Shown: positions 32,193 through 42,317, counted from the first letter of the stretch. The stretch is 64,000 nucleotides of DNA from an uncultured Methanomassiliicoccales archaeon (GCA_963695345.1 OY968769.1:2446441-2510440); one strand, 5' to 3'. The notes: generated by a model from the sequence alone, not told the origin. Translations and numbers: made by a program.

Positions 32193-32942
32193 ATGGCCAC
32201 CATCAAATGCCCCAAGTGCGCGGCACCGGTGGAGTTCGACGCCAAGGACAAGTTCGTCCAGTGCACCTACTGCGGTTCGTTGATCTATATCGACCGGAGC
32301 GGGGCCGGGTTCTACTACGCGGTCCCGTTCATGATCGACCAGAACAACGCCATCGGCACGTTCCGGCGATGGGCCAGCGGACCCACCAAGGCCAAGGACC
32401 TGGACAAGTCGGCGCAGGTGGTGGGAGCGAAGAAGGAGTATTTCCCGGTGTATCTGTTCAAGCGTGACGTCGACGGCGTCGAGCAGGTGCTGGTGGAACC
32501 GGCCGGATCGACGACGCTGCCCGGGCTGCACAGCCTCAAGGTCCCGGCAGGCGACATGAAGGTGTTCGACAGCACCTTCGACACTGGAGGGGCCGAGATG
32601 ATCAAGCCGGACATCGAGATGACCTCCTACCTGGGCACACTGCCCGGGAAGCCGAAGGAGCAGGCCCTGGTCTACTTCCCCATATGGACGATAGACTATG
32701 TCTTCGAGCAGAAACGGTACAGCGTGGTGGTCAGTGCCACCTCCGGCGAGGTGTTCGCCGCCGAGTTCCCCACCCGGAGCTCCGCCTCGTACCTGCTGGT
32801 GGCCATCGTCGGTTTCGTGGCCTTCTTGGCCGAGGGATTCCTGGCCTCTAGGACCGGCATGTTCGGATTGGCCGTGATCATGATGCTGGTGACAGTTCTG
32901 GCGGTGTTCGGGATCGCTTATTACGTGGCAAAGAGGATGTGA
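32193..32942 (+). CDS. zinc-ribbon protein with beta-rich middle domain and 2 C-terminal TM helices (paralog 1)
   Basis: MATIKCPKCAAPVEF...CTYCGSLIY, then EYFPVYLF...VYFPIWTIDYVF, then two TM helices (LLVAIVGFVAFLAEGFLA; LAVIMMLVTVLAVFGIAYYV). Intact ORF. Confidence 0.65.
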   Translation: MATIKCPKCAAPVEFDAKDKFVQCTYCGSLIYIDRSGAGFYYAVPFMIDQNNAIGTFRRWASGPTKAKDLDKSAQVVGAKKEYFPVYLFKRDVDGVEQVLVEPAGSTTLPGLHSLKVPAGDMKVFDSTFDTGGAEMIKPDIEMTSYLGTLPGKPKEQALVYFPIWTIDYVFEQKRYSVVVSATSGEVFAAEFPTRSSASYLLVAIVGFVAFLAEGFLASRTGMFGLAVIMMLVTVLAVFGIAYYVAKRM

Positions 32943-32944
32943 AC

Positions 32945-33959
32945 ATGGGCATCGAGGTAGGTCTAAACTGTCCCGCGTGCGGCGGTGCCATCAAGGTCGT
33001 CGAAGGTGAGAACACCGTCAACTGCCAGTATTGCGGTTCGATGCTCTTCGTCGAAGGGGACGCGGGCGTCACCACGGTCTCCTTCAAGAACATGATCACC
33101 CGGGAGGCCGCGGTGACGGCCTCGGCCGACTGGTGGAGGAAGGGATTCAAGGCCCGGGACCTGAAGAAGGATCGGACAGGTGACCGAATGCTATCCCATC
33201 TACATCCCGTTCTGGAGCACCACGACACGGGTCGCCGGATGGATATGCGGATACGAGGAAAGGACCCACAGCGACGGCAAGCGCACCTACACCGAACGGA
33301 TCCCGAAGGAGGAGATGGTGCTGCGCGATTACCGATTCTCGGAGATAGCCTGCGACCCGGGGGACCTGGGCATCAGGAAGCTGAGGAACATGGACGGGGA
33401 AACGACCCTGACCGATTTCCAGATGATCCCGACCTTCGAGTCGACCACCAGCAGGGACGATGCGACCGACGCATGCCAAGGAGAGCGCGATGGCGAACGC
33501 CCGGTCCGATGCCCACGTGCCTCACATCACGTTCGAGAACGTGCATGTCTTCCCGAAGTCGATGTCCATGATCTACTATCCGGTCTGGGTGGTCCGCTAC
33601 ACCTACCGCGACAGGATGTACCTGAACACGGTGGACGGCGTCACCGGAACGGTCCTTTCCGGGAAGGGCTCCCGGGCGATCCGCTGTTCCAGAGCCTGGC
33701 GGTGACCGCCGGGACGTCCATCGGGGGCTTGCTGGCGGCAGCCGGAGTCATCGTCGCCAGCTCTTCGGCGGAGGTGGCGGTCGGATGCTTCATCGTGGGG
33801 TTGATCATCATGATCGGGACCTATCTGTTCTTCCGGCACGGTTCGGAGATAACCGAGGGGGAATTCTCCGACCGGGGGTTCAGGCTCGGCGACCTCAAGG
33901 GCGTGGCCTCGCAGCTTTCGCAGGGACGCGTCGGCGGCAACAACTGGGGTGATATCTGA
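32945..33959 (+). CDS. zinc-ribbon protein with beta-rich middle domain and 2 C-terminal TM helices (paralog 2; 3 frameshifts)
   Basis: NCPACGGAIK...CQYCGSMLF, then YPIYIPFWST...IYYPVWVVRYTY, then TM helices (LAVTAGTSIGGLLAAAGVIV; VAVGCFIVGLIIMIGTYLFF). Pieces lie in three frames. Confidence 0.55.
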
Positions 33960-34547
33960 TGCAGGTGATACAGGTCAAATGCCCCAAGTGCGGGAACCCG
34001 ATCTATTCGAAACAGAAGGACACCGTGTTCTATCTGCATCAACTGCAACACGATGCACATCCGGAACGGCGGGATCCAGGTCTTGGACGTCGAGATCGGG
34101 GACTTCAACAAGAGCGCCTCCCAGGACCGGGTGTACGTCCCGTTCTGGCGCATGTACTCCACGGTCGTGGTCAACAACTCGCGTTCCGAGGGAGGAGGAT
34201 TCCATAAGCTGGCAAGTGGTTCAGCGGGGACAGCAATTCCGGAAATATCTTCATCTGGGTCCCGGCATCGGAAATGGACATCGACCGGTTCAAGGGCATG
34301 GCCATGGACTTCACGCTCAACCCGCCGCCGTACAGCACCAGGATGGATTTCGGCCTGGTGCCGAGGCTGCCCACGGTCATGAAGCGAGGCGGAGGCGATG
34401 GAGATGGCCGATTTCGTGGTGGTGACGATCGAGGCGGAGAAGCCGGGCGTCCTGCAATCCCTGGACTATTCCCTCACCGTGCACGATGCCAAGCTGATCT
34501 ATCTGCCGTTCGTGAGCACGGAGCGCGGACTGATACCGGCGTTCTGA
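33959..34547 (+). CDS. zinc-ribbon protein with beta-rich domain, no TM (paralog 3; frameshifts)
   Basis: MQVIQVKCPKCGNPIY...CINCNTMH, then VYVPFWRMY...KLIYLPFVSTERGLIPAF*. The start overlaps the previous stop (TGATG). Confidence 0.5.
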
Positions 34548-34633
34548 TCGCCCCACAAACCCCACCGACTTCCTTTCCATCGTGGATGAATTAGCAGATA
34601 AGTTTGATAACGGCAGACTGTCTACTCCTGGCC

Positions 34634-35224
34634 ATGGCAGAGGGGTCTGGCATCAACAAAAGGACCATTTACAAGATCGTCGCGGTCGGACGTGATCGTC
34701 ATAATCCTGCTGTGGACGGTCCTGGCGTACAATGGAATCGTGGGCAAGGACCAGAACGTCAACTCGAAGCTGTCGGAGATAAAGAACCGATACACCGTGA
34801 AGCTCAATGTGCTGCCGGCGATGCTCTCGACCCTGAACAACTACACGATCTACGAGTCCGGTCTGCTCACGAACATCACTGCGCTGAGGAGCCAATGGAT
34901 GGCGGAATCAAGCAGCAGGGGCCTCCGCGACCAACCTCTCGAACACCAGCGAACAGCTGGACACGACAGCTCAGCCAGATAGTTCTGACCTGGGAGAACT
35001 ACCCGATCTCAAGGCGGACTCCCTTGTTCAGCCAGTACATGGGTGAGATAGTCAACCAGGAGGAACAGCTGTCATATTCCAGGACGAACTACAATACGGC
35101 GGTGCGGGACTACAACACGGCCATCAAGTCCTTCCCCAACAACCTGCTGGCCGGATCGTTCGGTTTCGGCGACAAGATCGTATTGGGGCACAGGGATCGA
35201 CGACGGAACGGCGCTCAACCTGTG
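34634..35224 (+). CDS. lemA: LemA family protein (3 frameshifts)
   Basis: N-terminal TM, then YNGIVGKDQNVNSKLSEIKNRYTVKLNVLPAMLSTL...WENYPISRRTPLFSQYMGEIVNQEEQLSYSRTNYNTAVRDYNTAIKSFPNNLLAGSFGFGDK, which tracks the LemA consensus closely. Confidence 0.8.
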
Positions 35225-35281
35225 ACGGGTCGGGATGAACCGCTCCACGAAGATCGCCGCCATCGTCGTGTATCGTGGTAA

Positions 35282-35990
35282 TGGCGATTATCTTCTCGAT
35301 AGGGGCGTACATCATCCTTCAGCCTTCGAACAATGATGATACCAGTTGGGTCCCCGAGCTCGACTTCCTACGTCACGGATGATACCTACGTTCTCTCGGA
35401 CACGGACTACTACGACCTTCTTGACTTCTGTGCCGCGGTCGAGCACGAACAATACCTGCCAGATAGCGGTTTTGATCGTCAACGGCACGAACTACAATGG
35501 CGTCCACGTCGGGGTCAATGACCTGGCCGTCAAGGTCTTCGAAAAGAACGGGATCGGCCAGAAGGGCAAGGACAATGGCGTTCTCTTCGTCCTGTCGACA
35601 GCCGACGAGAGCTGGCGGGTGGTCACCGGAAAGGGCGTGGAAGGTATCCTCAGCGGCGCCAAACTGACGGAACTCCAGAACGCCTACCTTGTACCATACC
35701 TCGACACTCCGGGCAATTATTCCACTGGTATCACGCTGTTCGTCTACTCGATCGGACTGGAGCTGACCGATCACTATATCAATACCGGTCCGGCACCCAG
35801 CCCCTACCCGATCGACTTCATCCCCCTGAACGGCTTCGAGCTGGCGATCGCCATTGCCGTTTTCATCGTACTGATGATAATCACCCGGGGAAGGGCCATA
35901 CTTTGGATCGGTCTGCTTTTCGGTAGGGGCGGAGGCGGCGGCTTCGGCGGCGGCAGTACCGGAGGCGGCGGGTCCAAGGGACGTTTCTAG
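35282..35990 (+). CDS. TPM-domain protein (YgcG/YdjH/UPF0603-like) with TM and Gly-rich tail (2 frameshifts)
   Basis: N-terminal anchor MAIIFSIGAYIIL. TPM core QIAVLIVNGT...GVLFVLSTADESWRVVTGKGVEGILSGAKLTELQNAYLVPYL. Then TM helix and GGGGGFGGGSTGGGGSKGRF*. Confidence 0.75.
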
Positions 35991-36238
35991 GAAATTAGAA
36001 AACGGAGTTGAGAGAGCTTCGGCTAATTTGTTTTCGGATTCCATCGATTTCATTCCTTTTTTCCGGCGAACGAACGGAGCTGATTATCAGCGTCCAGGCA
36101 ATCAATATTCCGAAATGGTTTTAAATGGGATGCTCACTTGATGCCCATTCTGTATCGATGGAGATGGTCGTACTATGAAATCCTGGCAGTTACGGCTCGG
36201 TTTGTTATTGGTGTTCCTTTCCGTACTCACATACGTGC

Positions 36239-37023
36239 ATGCATTACCTGCTCTTCAATGACCTGCACCATATCCTGATCTATTTCGTCGGGGATATCGC
36301 ATTTGTATTCATCGAAGTGCTCCTGGTAACATTGATAATTCATTCTCTCTTGGATAGAAGGGAGAAGGCGAATATTATCGGCAAGATGAGCACGGTGATC
36401 GGGGCGTTCTTCAGCGAACTTGGCAGGCCCTTGATCGTCCTACTCATGAAGCATGGAGTGCGCGAGGAGGCACTGGGTGTCGACCTACGGTTTAACAACA
36501 ATTGGACCGATAGCGATTATAGAAATGGCGGTCAAAGCATTGTCAGAAAAAGGAAGTATCACTCAAGCTTGATGCGACCGACATGGCGGAGATCAAGAAG
36601 CTGCTGACCGAGAAACGGGATTTCCTATTGGGCATGATGGAGAACCCGAACCTGCTGGAGCATGAGAAGTTCACGGAAATGCTGCTGGCCCTGTTCCACG
36701 TCCAAGAGGAGCTCATGTTCCGGGGCGACTCGAACGCTCTGCCGAAATCGGACATTGCCCATCTGAACAAGGACGTCAACCGTGCTTTTGGATTGATCAT
36801 CCGGGAATGGATAATGCACATGAGACACCTTCAGAACAACTATTCCTACTTGTTCTCGTTGGCCACAAGGACGAACCCCTTCGACCCTCGAGGCGGAGGC
36901 AATAGTGAAGGAATGAGGGTAATCACTTCATGGAGTAGAATGGAAAGACGGATCGCCCTCCAATCGAATGTTACGATTCAGATGAAGCTCAGGCGAAGGT
37001 TAATGAGAGCATTCGCGCCTTAG
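36239..37023 (+). CDS. hypothetical membrane-anchored protein (probably one gene split by a frameshift near 36570)
   Basis: N-terminal TM (ILIYFVGDIAFVFIEVLLVTLIIHSLL). The second ORF (MAEIKKLLTEKRDFLLGMMENPNLLEHEKFTEMLLALFHVQEEL...) continues in another frame. No recognisable family. Confidence 0.3.
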
Positions 37024-37042
37024 TCTGGAAAGGGGATCGTAC

Positions 37043-37855
37043 ATGGGAAGGCTCTCAAGAGGATGGCAGCTCACCAAGTTGAGTTTCAACGTAATCAGAA
37101 AGGACAAGGAGATCTTGCTGTTTCCGATCATCTCAGGAATAGCGCTCATCCTGATGGCGGCATCGTTCTTCGGAACATACTACTTCGCTTTCGGATTCGA
37201 CAATATCAACACCTACCTGCTGGCGGCATTCTTCATCGCCTTTTACTTCGTGTCTGCCTTCATTGTCGTCTTTTTCAACGTAGCTCTAGTCTCATGCGCG
37301 ATGCTCCGCCTGAACGGCGGGGATCCCACCTTCTCGTACGGGATCAAGATGGCGACCTCACGCCTGAAGTATATCCTGGAATGGGCACTTCTTTCGGCAA
37401 CGGTCGGACTGGTGCTGCAGGCGATCAGCTCCAGATCAGGGGTCATCGGAAAGGTCATCATCGGGATGATCGGCTTCGCCTGGTCGGTGGCTACTTACTT
37501 CGTCGTGCCGATCATCGCGTTCGAGCAGATGGGGCCGTTCAAGGCGATCAAGCGCAGCGCCTCCATCCTGAAAGGCTCGTGGGGAGAGGCGTTGATATCG
37601 AACCTCGGCATAGGACTAATCTTCTTCTTGCTGGCGCTGGTAGGGCTGATTCCCCTGATCATCGGGTTCGTCATCGGGGTTTCGTTCGCCATCATCGCCG
37701 GTATCGTCATTGCGGTGGTCTACTGGCTTTGCCTGGCGGTTCTGGCATCGGCGGCCAGCGGGGTATTGTTGACCGCTCTCTACCGTTACGGGACCACCGG
37801 GAAGCTGTCGGAGTACTATTCCGAGCAGGTCCTGCAGAATCCCTGGAGACAGTAG
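37043..37855 (+). CDS. multi-pass membrane protein (DUF4013/GDPD-membrane-domain-like)
   Basis: Intact 270 aa with 6 or more TM helices. No catalytic motifs. Confidence 0.5.
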   Translation: MGRLSRGWQLTKLSFNVIRKDKEILLFPIISGIALILMAASFFGTYYFAFGFDNINTYLLAAFFIAFYFVSAFIVVFFNVALVSCAMLRLNGGDPTFSYGIKMATSRLKYILEWALLSATVGLVLQAISSRSGVIGKVIIGMIGFAWSVATYFVVPIIAFEQMGPFKAIKRSASILKGSWGEALISNLGIGLIFFLLALVGLIPLIIGFVIGVSFAIIAGIVIAVVYWLCLAVLASAASGVLLTALYRYGTTGKLSEYYSEQVLQNPWRQ

Positions 37856-37954
37856 TCCCATGACGAGCGAGGGGACGGCGTCCCCCTTTACTGTTCTTTG
37901 ACGATCTAGTCGGCAGGTCCGCCTAGCGACAATTAGTTATCCGACAGTGCGTAA

Positions 37955-38530
37955 TTGCGTCCTATGACCTCGAACACGTGCCTGTCCTGCGGCAGGGAAA
38001 TGGCCAAGGACATGATGTTCTGTCCCTACTGTGGTTCCAAGATACAGGCGGAAGGCTCTCTGGCCGATGCCGGCGAACAGGAGCGGATTGAAGGGGTTAT
38101 CCCTTTGGCCAAATGGAGGGGGGAAACGGACCAAGGAACATTGTCGACTCTCGTCATCACGTCGACCAGTGTCATTATCGCCAAGGTCAAGGAGACAGAT
38201 TCGGACAAGATAAGAAAGGCCACCGGTTCGCTGTTCATGGGAGGGGCGAATCTGGACCCAGAGCGCCACAGAAAGAGCCTGGGTGCCTATTCCAGTCGAT
38301 ACCTGACGATGGATCCGGGAACGATTCTGGCTGAATCGTCAAGCAACGAATCGATCAGAATAACCGATGTGAAGGCGGTCCGGATTTCTTCCGAGGACGA
38401 TTCCGAAGGCGATCAGTATTACATACTGGCAATTGAAACGGATCGAGGGATAAGGACGGTCCAGATCCCGGCAGACAGGGATTCCAGGGATCTGATCATT
38501 TCGACCTTCGGCCCTAAGGTACATTGGTGA
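37955..38530 (+). CDS. zinc-ribbon + PH/GRAM-like beta-domain protein (hypothetical)
   Basis: CLSCGREMAKDMMFCPYCGS at the N-terminus, followed by an about 150-aa mostly beta domain. Intact ORF. Confidence 0.5.
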   Translation: MRPMTSNTCLSCGREMAKDMMFCPYCGSKIQAEGSLADAGEQERIEGVIPLAKWRGETDQGTLSTLVITSTSVIIAKVKETDSDKIRKATGSLFMGGANLDPERHRKSLGAYSSRYLTMDPGTILAESSSNESIRITDVKAVRISSEDDSEGDQYYILAIETDRGIRTVQIPADRDSRDLIISTFGPKVHW

Positions 38531-38655
38531 TGGCGGTCATGCAAACAACCGATTCTACTGTGCCAGGTGGATTCCGGCAGTAGGGTCGACTCATCAGGTA
38601 GCTAAAAGTAGGAATGGAACAGGACAGGATTCCGGACCGATTTCCGAATAGCAGA

Positions 38656-38919
38656 TCAAGCGTATGTCGAATCCATCATCTCGTCCTTTAAGATGCCCTT
38701 CATTTCTGTCACCGTTGGCACCCGACCTTCGAGGATCAGCTTGTTGTTTATGAACAAGGCGGGGACTCTGGACACCCCCCTCTCCTTGGTATAGATGGCA
38801 TCATGTATGTTCTTGATGTCCGCTTCTATGTCCATCTCCTGGATCGCAGTCCTGACGACGACATCCAGCATTTTGCATTTAGCGCAGGTGGATGTAAAGA
38901 CCTCGACTTTCAGAATCAT
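38656..38919 (-). CDS. small thioredoxin-like protein (Thioredoxin_3 family)
   Basis: MILKVEVFTSTCAKCK...RVPALFINNKLILEGRVPTVTEM, i.e. the CxxC active site at the N-terminus of an about 87-aa Trx fold. Confidence 0.75.
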   Translation of the reverse strand: MILKVEVFTSTCAKCKMLDVVVRTAIQEMDIEADIKNIHDAIYTKERGVSRVPALFINNKLILEGRVPTVTEMKGILKDEMMDSTYA

Positions 38920-39205
38920 ATTAGACCTCTGGTCGGGACCACAGCGCTGTCAATGGTATTTGAATATGACCAACTCATTTCACATTCGGGATAAGTAACT
39001 GCCATTCCGCATAGGATGTAACTTTTCTCTTTCTTTCTGAGGTTGGATCGGAATCGTGACCAACAATTCTTTTCTGCGAGGTTTGGTCTGCTGGAGGGAA
39101 GAAACGGATGCGACGAGATCCAATATTTTGAAGCATGTTCACTTTCAAAACACCCCAGGAAAAATAGATAACTCAATCGGGCGTATTTTTCGTGGGGAAT
39201 GACAT

Positions 39206-39676
39206 ATGGTGAAACCCAAGTTCGAGGAAAGAAAGGAAGGCGATCTGGCTTACATCGAATACACAGGCAGCTACGATAGTGTGCCCTGGGACGAGCTCAT
39301 ACCGAAGCTCTATGGTTGGGCCAAGGGGCAGAAGGTGATGCCTGGGTTCCACCCGATGGGCATTTTTTATGACGACCCGAGTCAGGTCCCGGCGGAGAAA
39401 TGCAAGAGCGAGATAGGGATAACGTTCAAGGGCCCGGGGAAGGAGGCGGATGGAATCAAGATCAGGCATATGCCGCCTCAGAAGGTGGTTGCTGTATCGT
39501 TCAAGGGTCCGGGGAGCGAGTATCAGCGGACGTATCAAGAATTAGGGAGATGGATCGATGAGAACGGTCATAAGGTCACCGGCCCCAGCATGGAGATCTA
39601 CTCGAAAAAGCCGGAGATGATCGACGGCGTCATGATACTCTATTCGAAGATACTCATGCCGGTCGAGGCGAAATGA
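39206..39676 (+). CDS. GyrI-like small-molecule-binding domain protein
   Basis: 156 aa. LAYIEYTGSYDSVPWDELIPKLYGWAKGQ...VVAVSFKGPGSEYQRTYQELGRWIDENGHKVTGPSMEIY. Confidence 0.7.
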   Translation: MVKPKFEERKEGDLAYIEYTGSYDSVPWDELIPKLYGWAKGQKVMPGFHPMGIFYDDPSQVPAEKCKSEIGITFKGPGKEADGIKIRHMPPQKVVAVSFKGPGSEYQRTYQELGRWIDENGHKVTGPSMEIYSKKPEMIDGVMILYSKILMPVEAK

Positions 39677-39725
39677 TATCGGCCGAATCGAAAGCGTGAT
39701 AACCGCGACCGCCGTTGCCCGTCCA

Positions 39726-40001
39726 ATGGAAACATGGACGGTGCTCGGTCTACTAGCGGGGATGCTTACCACGGTCGGGTTCATTCCTCAGATCGTCAAG
39801 GGGTACCGCACGAAACAGATGAACGACGTATCGTTGACCATGCCGATCCTGCTGAGCGTAGGGATGGCGTTGTGGTTCTTCTACGGCGTGATCTTGGAAG
39901 ACGCCCCGATAATGATCTGGAACCTGATAGCGCTGGTCCTGAACTTGACCGTCATTTACCTTATTCTCAGTTTCCGCCGGAATAACTCCCCCCCAAAATA
40001 G
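39726..40001 (+). CDS. SemiSWEET / PQ-loop 3-TM sugar transporter
   Basis: METWTVLGLLAGMLTTVGFIPQIVKGYRTKQMNDVSLTMPILLSVGMALWFFYGVIL...: three TM helices with the PQ motif. Confidence 0.7.
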   Translation: METWTVLGLLAGMLTTVGFIPQIVKGYRTKQMNDVSLTMPILLSVGMALWFFYGVILEDAPIMIWNLIALVLNLTVIYLILSFRRNNSPPK

Positions 40002-40446
40002 TTCGATAAGCGTCCACAGGCTTCTCCGACGCTGGCCGGGATAGCGATGCTCAGACGATTGTTCAGGGCGGTTTCTCGGCCAAAAAAGAGGGTGTCAGGG
40101 CAGGTTGATAACCCAGAGGAGTTGTTAGGGGGTATTATTATTCCGGACCTGACGAAATATCTTTCCTTGGAATCGTATAAGATGGTTGTCATCGATAGGG
40201 TCGGATAAATCGCTGGTTTATTGCGATTCCAGCGGATATTATTCGCTCTAAGGAATAGGTAGGGATCCGTCGGTCTCGTAACCGATGATTGTCGAAGTGC
40301 CACCCAACTCCAATAATTGCATTGGATTCTATTCCCTGAACATGCCTCATGATCAAATATCACCTACGGGAGGACATCGTCAAAATGCCGGTCATTTTGA
40401 TTCGATTGTCGCCATGATGTTCGGGCCATCGAGGTAGGTCGATCCT

Positions 40447-40929
40447 TCATATGCCGCAGGTTCGCATCTTGTGTTTTTCGAAGTACCTCTGGTGGTATTC
40501 CTCCCCCCTCCAGAATTTCATGGCAGGAACGATCTCGGTGACAATCGGTTTGTCATATTTCCCCGATTTCTCCAGCCTTTCCTTCGACTCTTCAGCGGCC
40601 TTCCTCTGCTCTTCATCGAAGTAGAAAATTATCGATCGATATTGACTGCCCTTGTCTGGACCCTGGCGATTCAGCTGGGTGGGGTCGACCATTTCCCAGA
40701 ACGCATCGAGCAGATCCTTATATGTGACCATCGCCGGATCGTAGGTAAGCTCGACGGTCTCAGCATGACCGGTCTTTCCGTCGTGGGTATCTTCATACCT
40801 GGGATTCGGGAAGTTGCCTCCCTCATAACCGACGGCCGTATCAACGACCCCTCTGATCTTCCGGAAATCGGCCTCGACATGCCAGAAACATCCACCGGCG
40901 AAGGCCGCTTTGCGTAGTTTTTCGTCCAT
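40447..40929 (-). CDS. msrA: peptide methionine sulfoxide reductase A
   Basis: AFAGGCFWHVEADFRKIRGVVDTAVGYEGG...HAETVELTYDP...RQGPDKGSQYRSIIFY...EEYHQRYFEK. Confidence 0.9.
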   Translation of the reverse strand: MDEKLRKAAFAGGCFWHVEADFRKIRGVVDTAVGYEGGNFPNPRYEDTHDGKTGHAETVELTYDPAMVTYKDLLDAFWEMVDPTQLNRQGPDKGSQYRSIIFYFDEEQRKAAEESKERLEKSGKYDKPIVTEIVPAMKFWRGEEYHQRYFEKHKMRTCGI

Positions 40930-41279
40930 AGCTCAACCTCGACCATATTTGGAGCGGGCAGTCCATATATTTTCTGGTTGACGTGTCATTTCAGTCATGA
41001 CCTATTTTCCAGACTGATCATCAATTCCTAGGCTTCTAATCAAGTGTCCCTGTACCAGAGACAATGAACCATGAGCGTCCGGAAATCATTGTGAAACATC
41101 ATTTCTCATCGATATTAAAACACGATTGGCACACCACCCGATGTCTCCTCATCACAGGACAGCAAGTTCATGGTCATTGAACCGCGATGTGAACTGCCAA
41201 GTTGGTCTACTTGCGGAGATGTAATTCAGACCGACCCGCCTTTATCAAGAGATAATTTTTTACCAATGAGGGTCAGATA

Positions 41280-41690
41280 ATGCCAATCATGACCGTGAGG
41301 AACGAAGGAAATCGGGTGGAATTCTTCGGCGGCAGTGAGGAGATCCAAAGATACTTGGCCGAACTCAAGAAGATCCATGTCAATATCAGCAGGTTGTCTG
41401 GAAATTACATCAATAACATGACCACAGGCGAGAGCGGTCTCGAGGTATCATTTTCTTGCAAGACCGACGAGGGTGACATCGTGGCGACATATCACGAAGA
41501 AACACCATCATGCGCCTCGATCGACGAGGCTGAGGAGATGAGGGTCTTCAAGAAGATGACCATCAAGGTTCCGCAGGCGGTCTTCGATCGAGATAAACAC
41601 AAGGATATCATGGACCTGGCCAAGAAATGGCTTGGCGATGTGGGGGTCTCCGTCGAATTGATAGTCACGAATAGTGTCGAGATTGACTGA
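41280..41690 (+). CDS. hypothetical protein
   Basis: Intact 136-aa ORF with no recognisable motifs. Confidence 0.4.
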   Translation: MPIMTVRNEGNRVEFFGGSEEIQRYLAELKKIHVNISRLSGNYINNMTTGESGLEVSFSCKTDEGDIVATYHEETPSCASIDEAEEMRVFKKMTIKVPQAVFDRDKHKDIMDLAKKWLGDVGVSVELIVTNSVEID

Positions 41691-41861
41691 GCAACCATCT
41701 CGACCGCTTATCTTTCATTTTCGCACATCTTCCGGCCCCGATGCTCAATGCGGTATGCGGTCATTATTATTCATTAAAAAAAGGGAATGGAGGGGCTCGT
41801 AATCCTCTGACATGAACCCCTTGGTATGGAAGACCGACGAACGGCATTTCGTTGGTATTCC

Positions 41862-42317
41862 TTATTTCCATCTTGGCTGCGGCTGCTTCTCATGCTCTTT
41901 GTGGCTGCTGGAATTCGCCTTTGCCTTCAGCTCTGTCTTCTTGAGCTCCATGGCAGCCTCCGCCCTTCGTTCCTTGGCGTTTAGCCTTTTAACGGCCGGG
42001 GTCTCTTTGGCGGAAGCGGCCATTTTCTTGGCCTCCATCTCTTCCTCGCCTTTTCGGTAATTTGCATCCGCCAGTTTCCTGGCCTTGATCTTCTCGATGG
42101 CTTTGGTCGCCTTGGCGGTGGATTCCTTCTTGACCTTTGCCTTAAGGGCAGCCTTGGATTTCGCCGCCTCATCTTTCACCGTTTTGGATTTCACGGCGGT
42201 CTTCTTCGCACCTACCGTCTCTTTCTTGACCTGCGTGACGGCTTTCTTGCTCTTTGCCGGGTTCTTGGTCTCTGCCTTAGCCGATTTGGCTTCTACCTTT
42301 GGCGTCTTCGGTGCCAT
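41862..42317 (-). CDS. Lys/Ala-rich highly basic low-complexity protein (histone-H1/Hc1-like)
   Basis: MAPKTPKVEAKSAKAETKNPAKSKKAVTQVKKETVGAKKTAVKSKTVKDEAAKSKAALKAKVKK..., with KAxK-type repeats throughout. Confidence 0.55.
   Translation of the reverse strand: MAPKTPKVEAKSAKAETKNPAKSKKAVTQVKKETVGAKKTAVKSKTVKDEAAKSKAALKAKVKKESTAKATKAIEKIKARKLADANYRKGEEEMEAKKMAASAKETPAVKRLNAKERRAEAAMELKKTELKAKANSSSHKEHEKQPQPRWK

Noticed and set aside
31065-32531. 488-aa minus-strand ORF antisense to the SPFH gene
   Set aside because: Arg/Gly/Pro/His-rich wrong-strand product. The plus strand encodes a well-supported SPFH protein.
38916-39176. 86-aa minus-strand ORF between the thioredoxin-like and GyrI-like genes
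   Set aside because: No ribosome-binding context or motif support. It lies in a divergent intergenic region.
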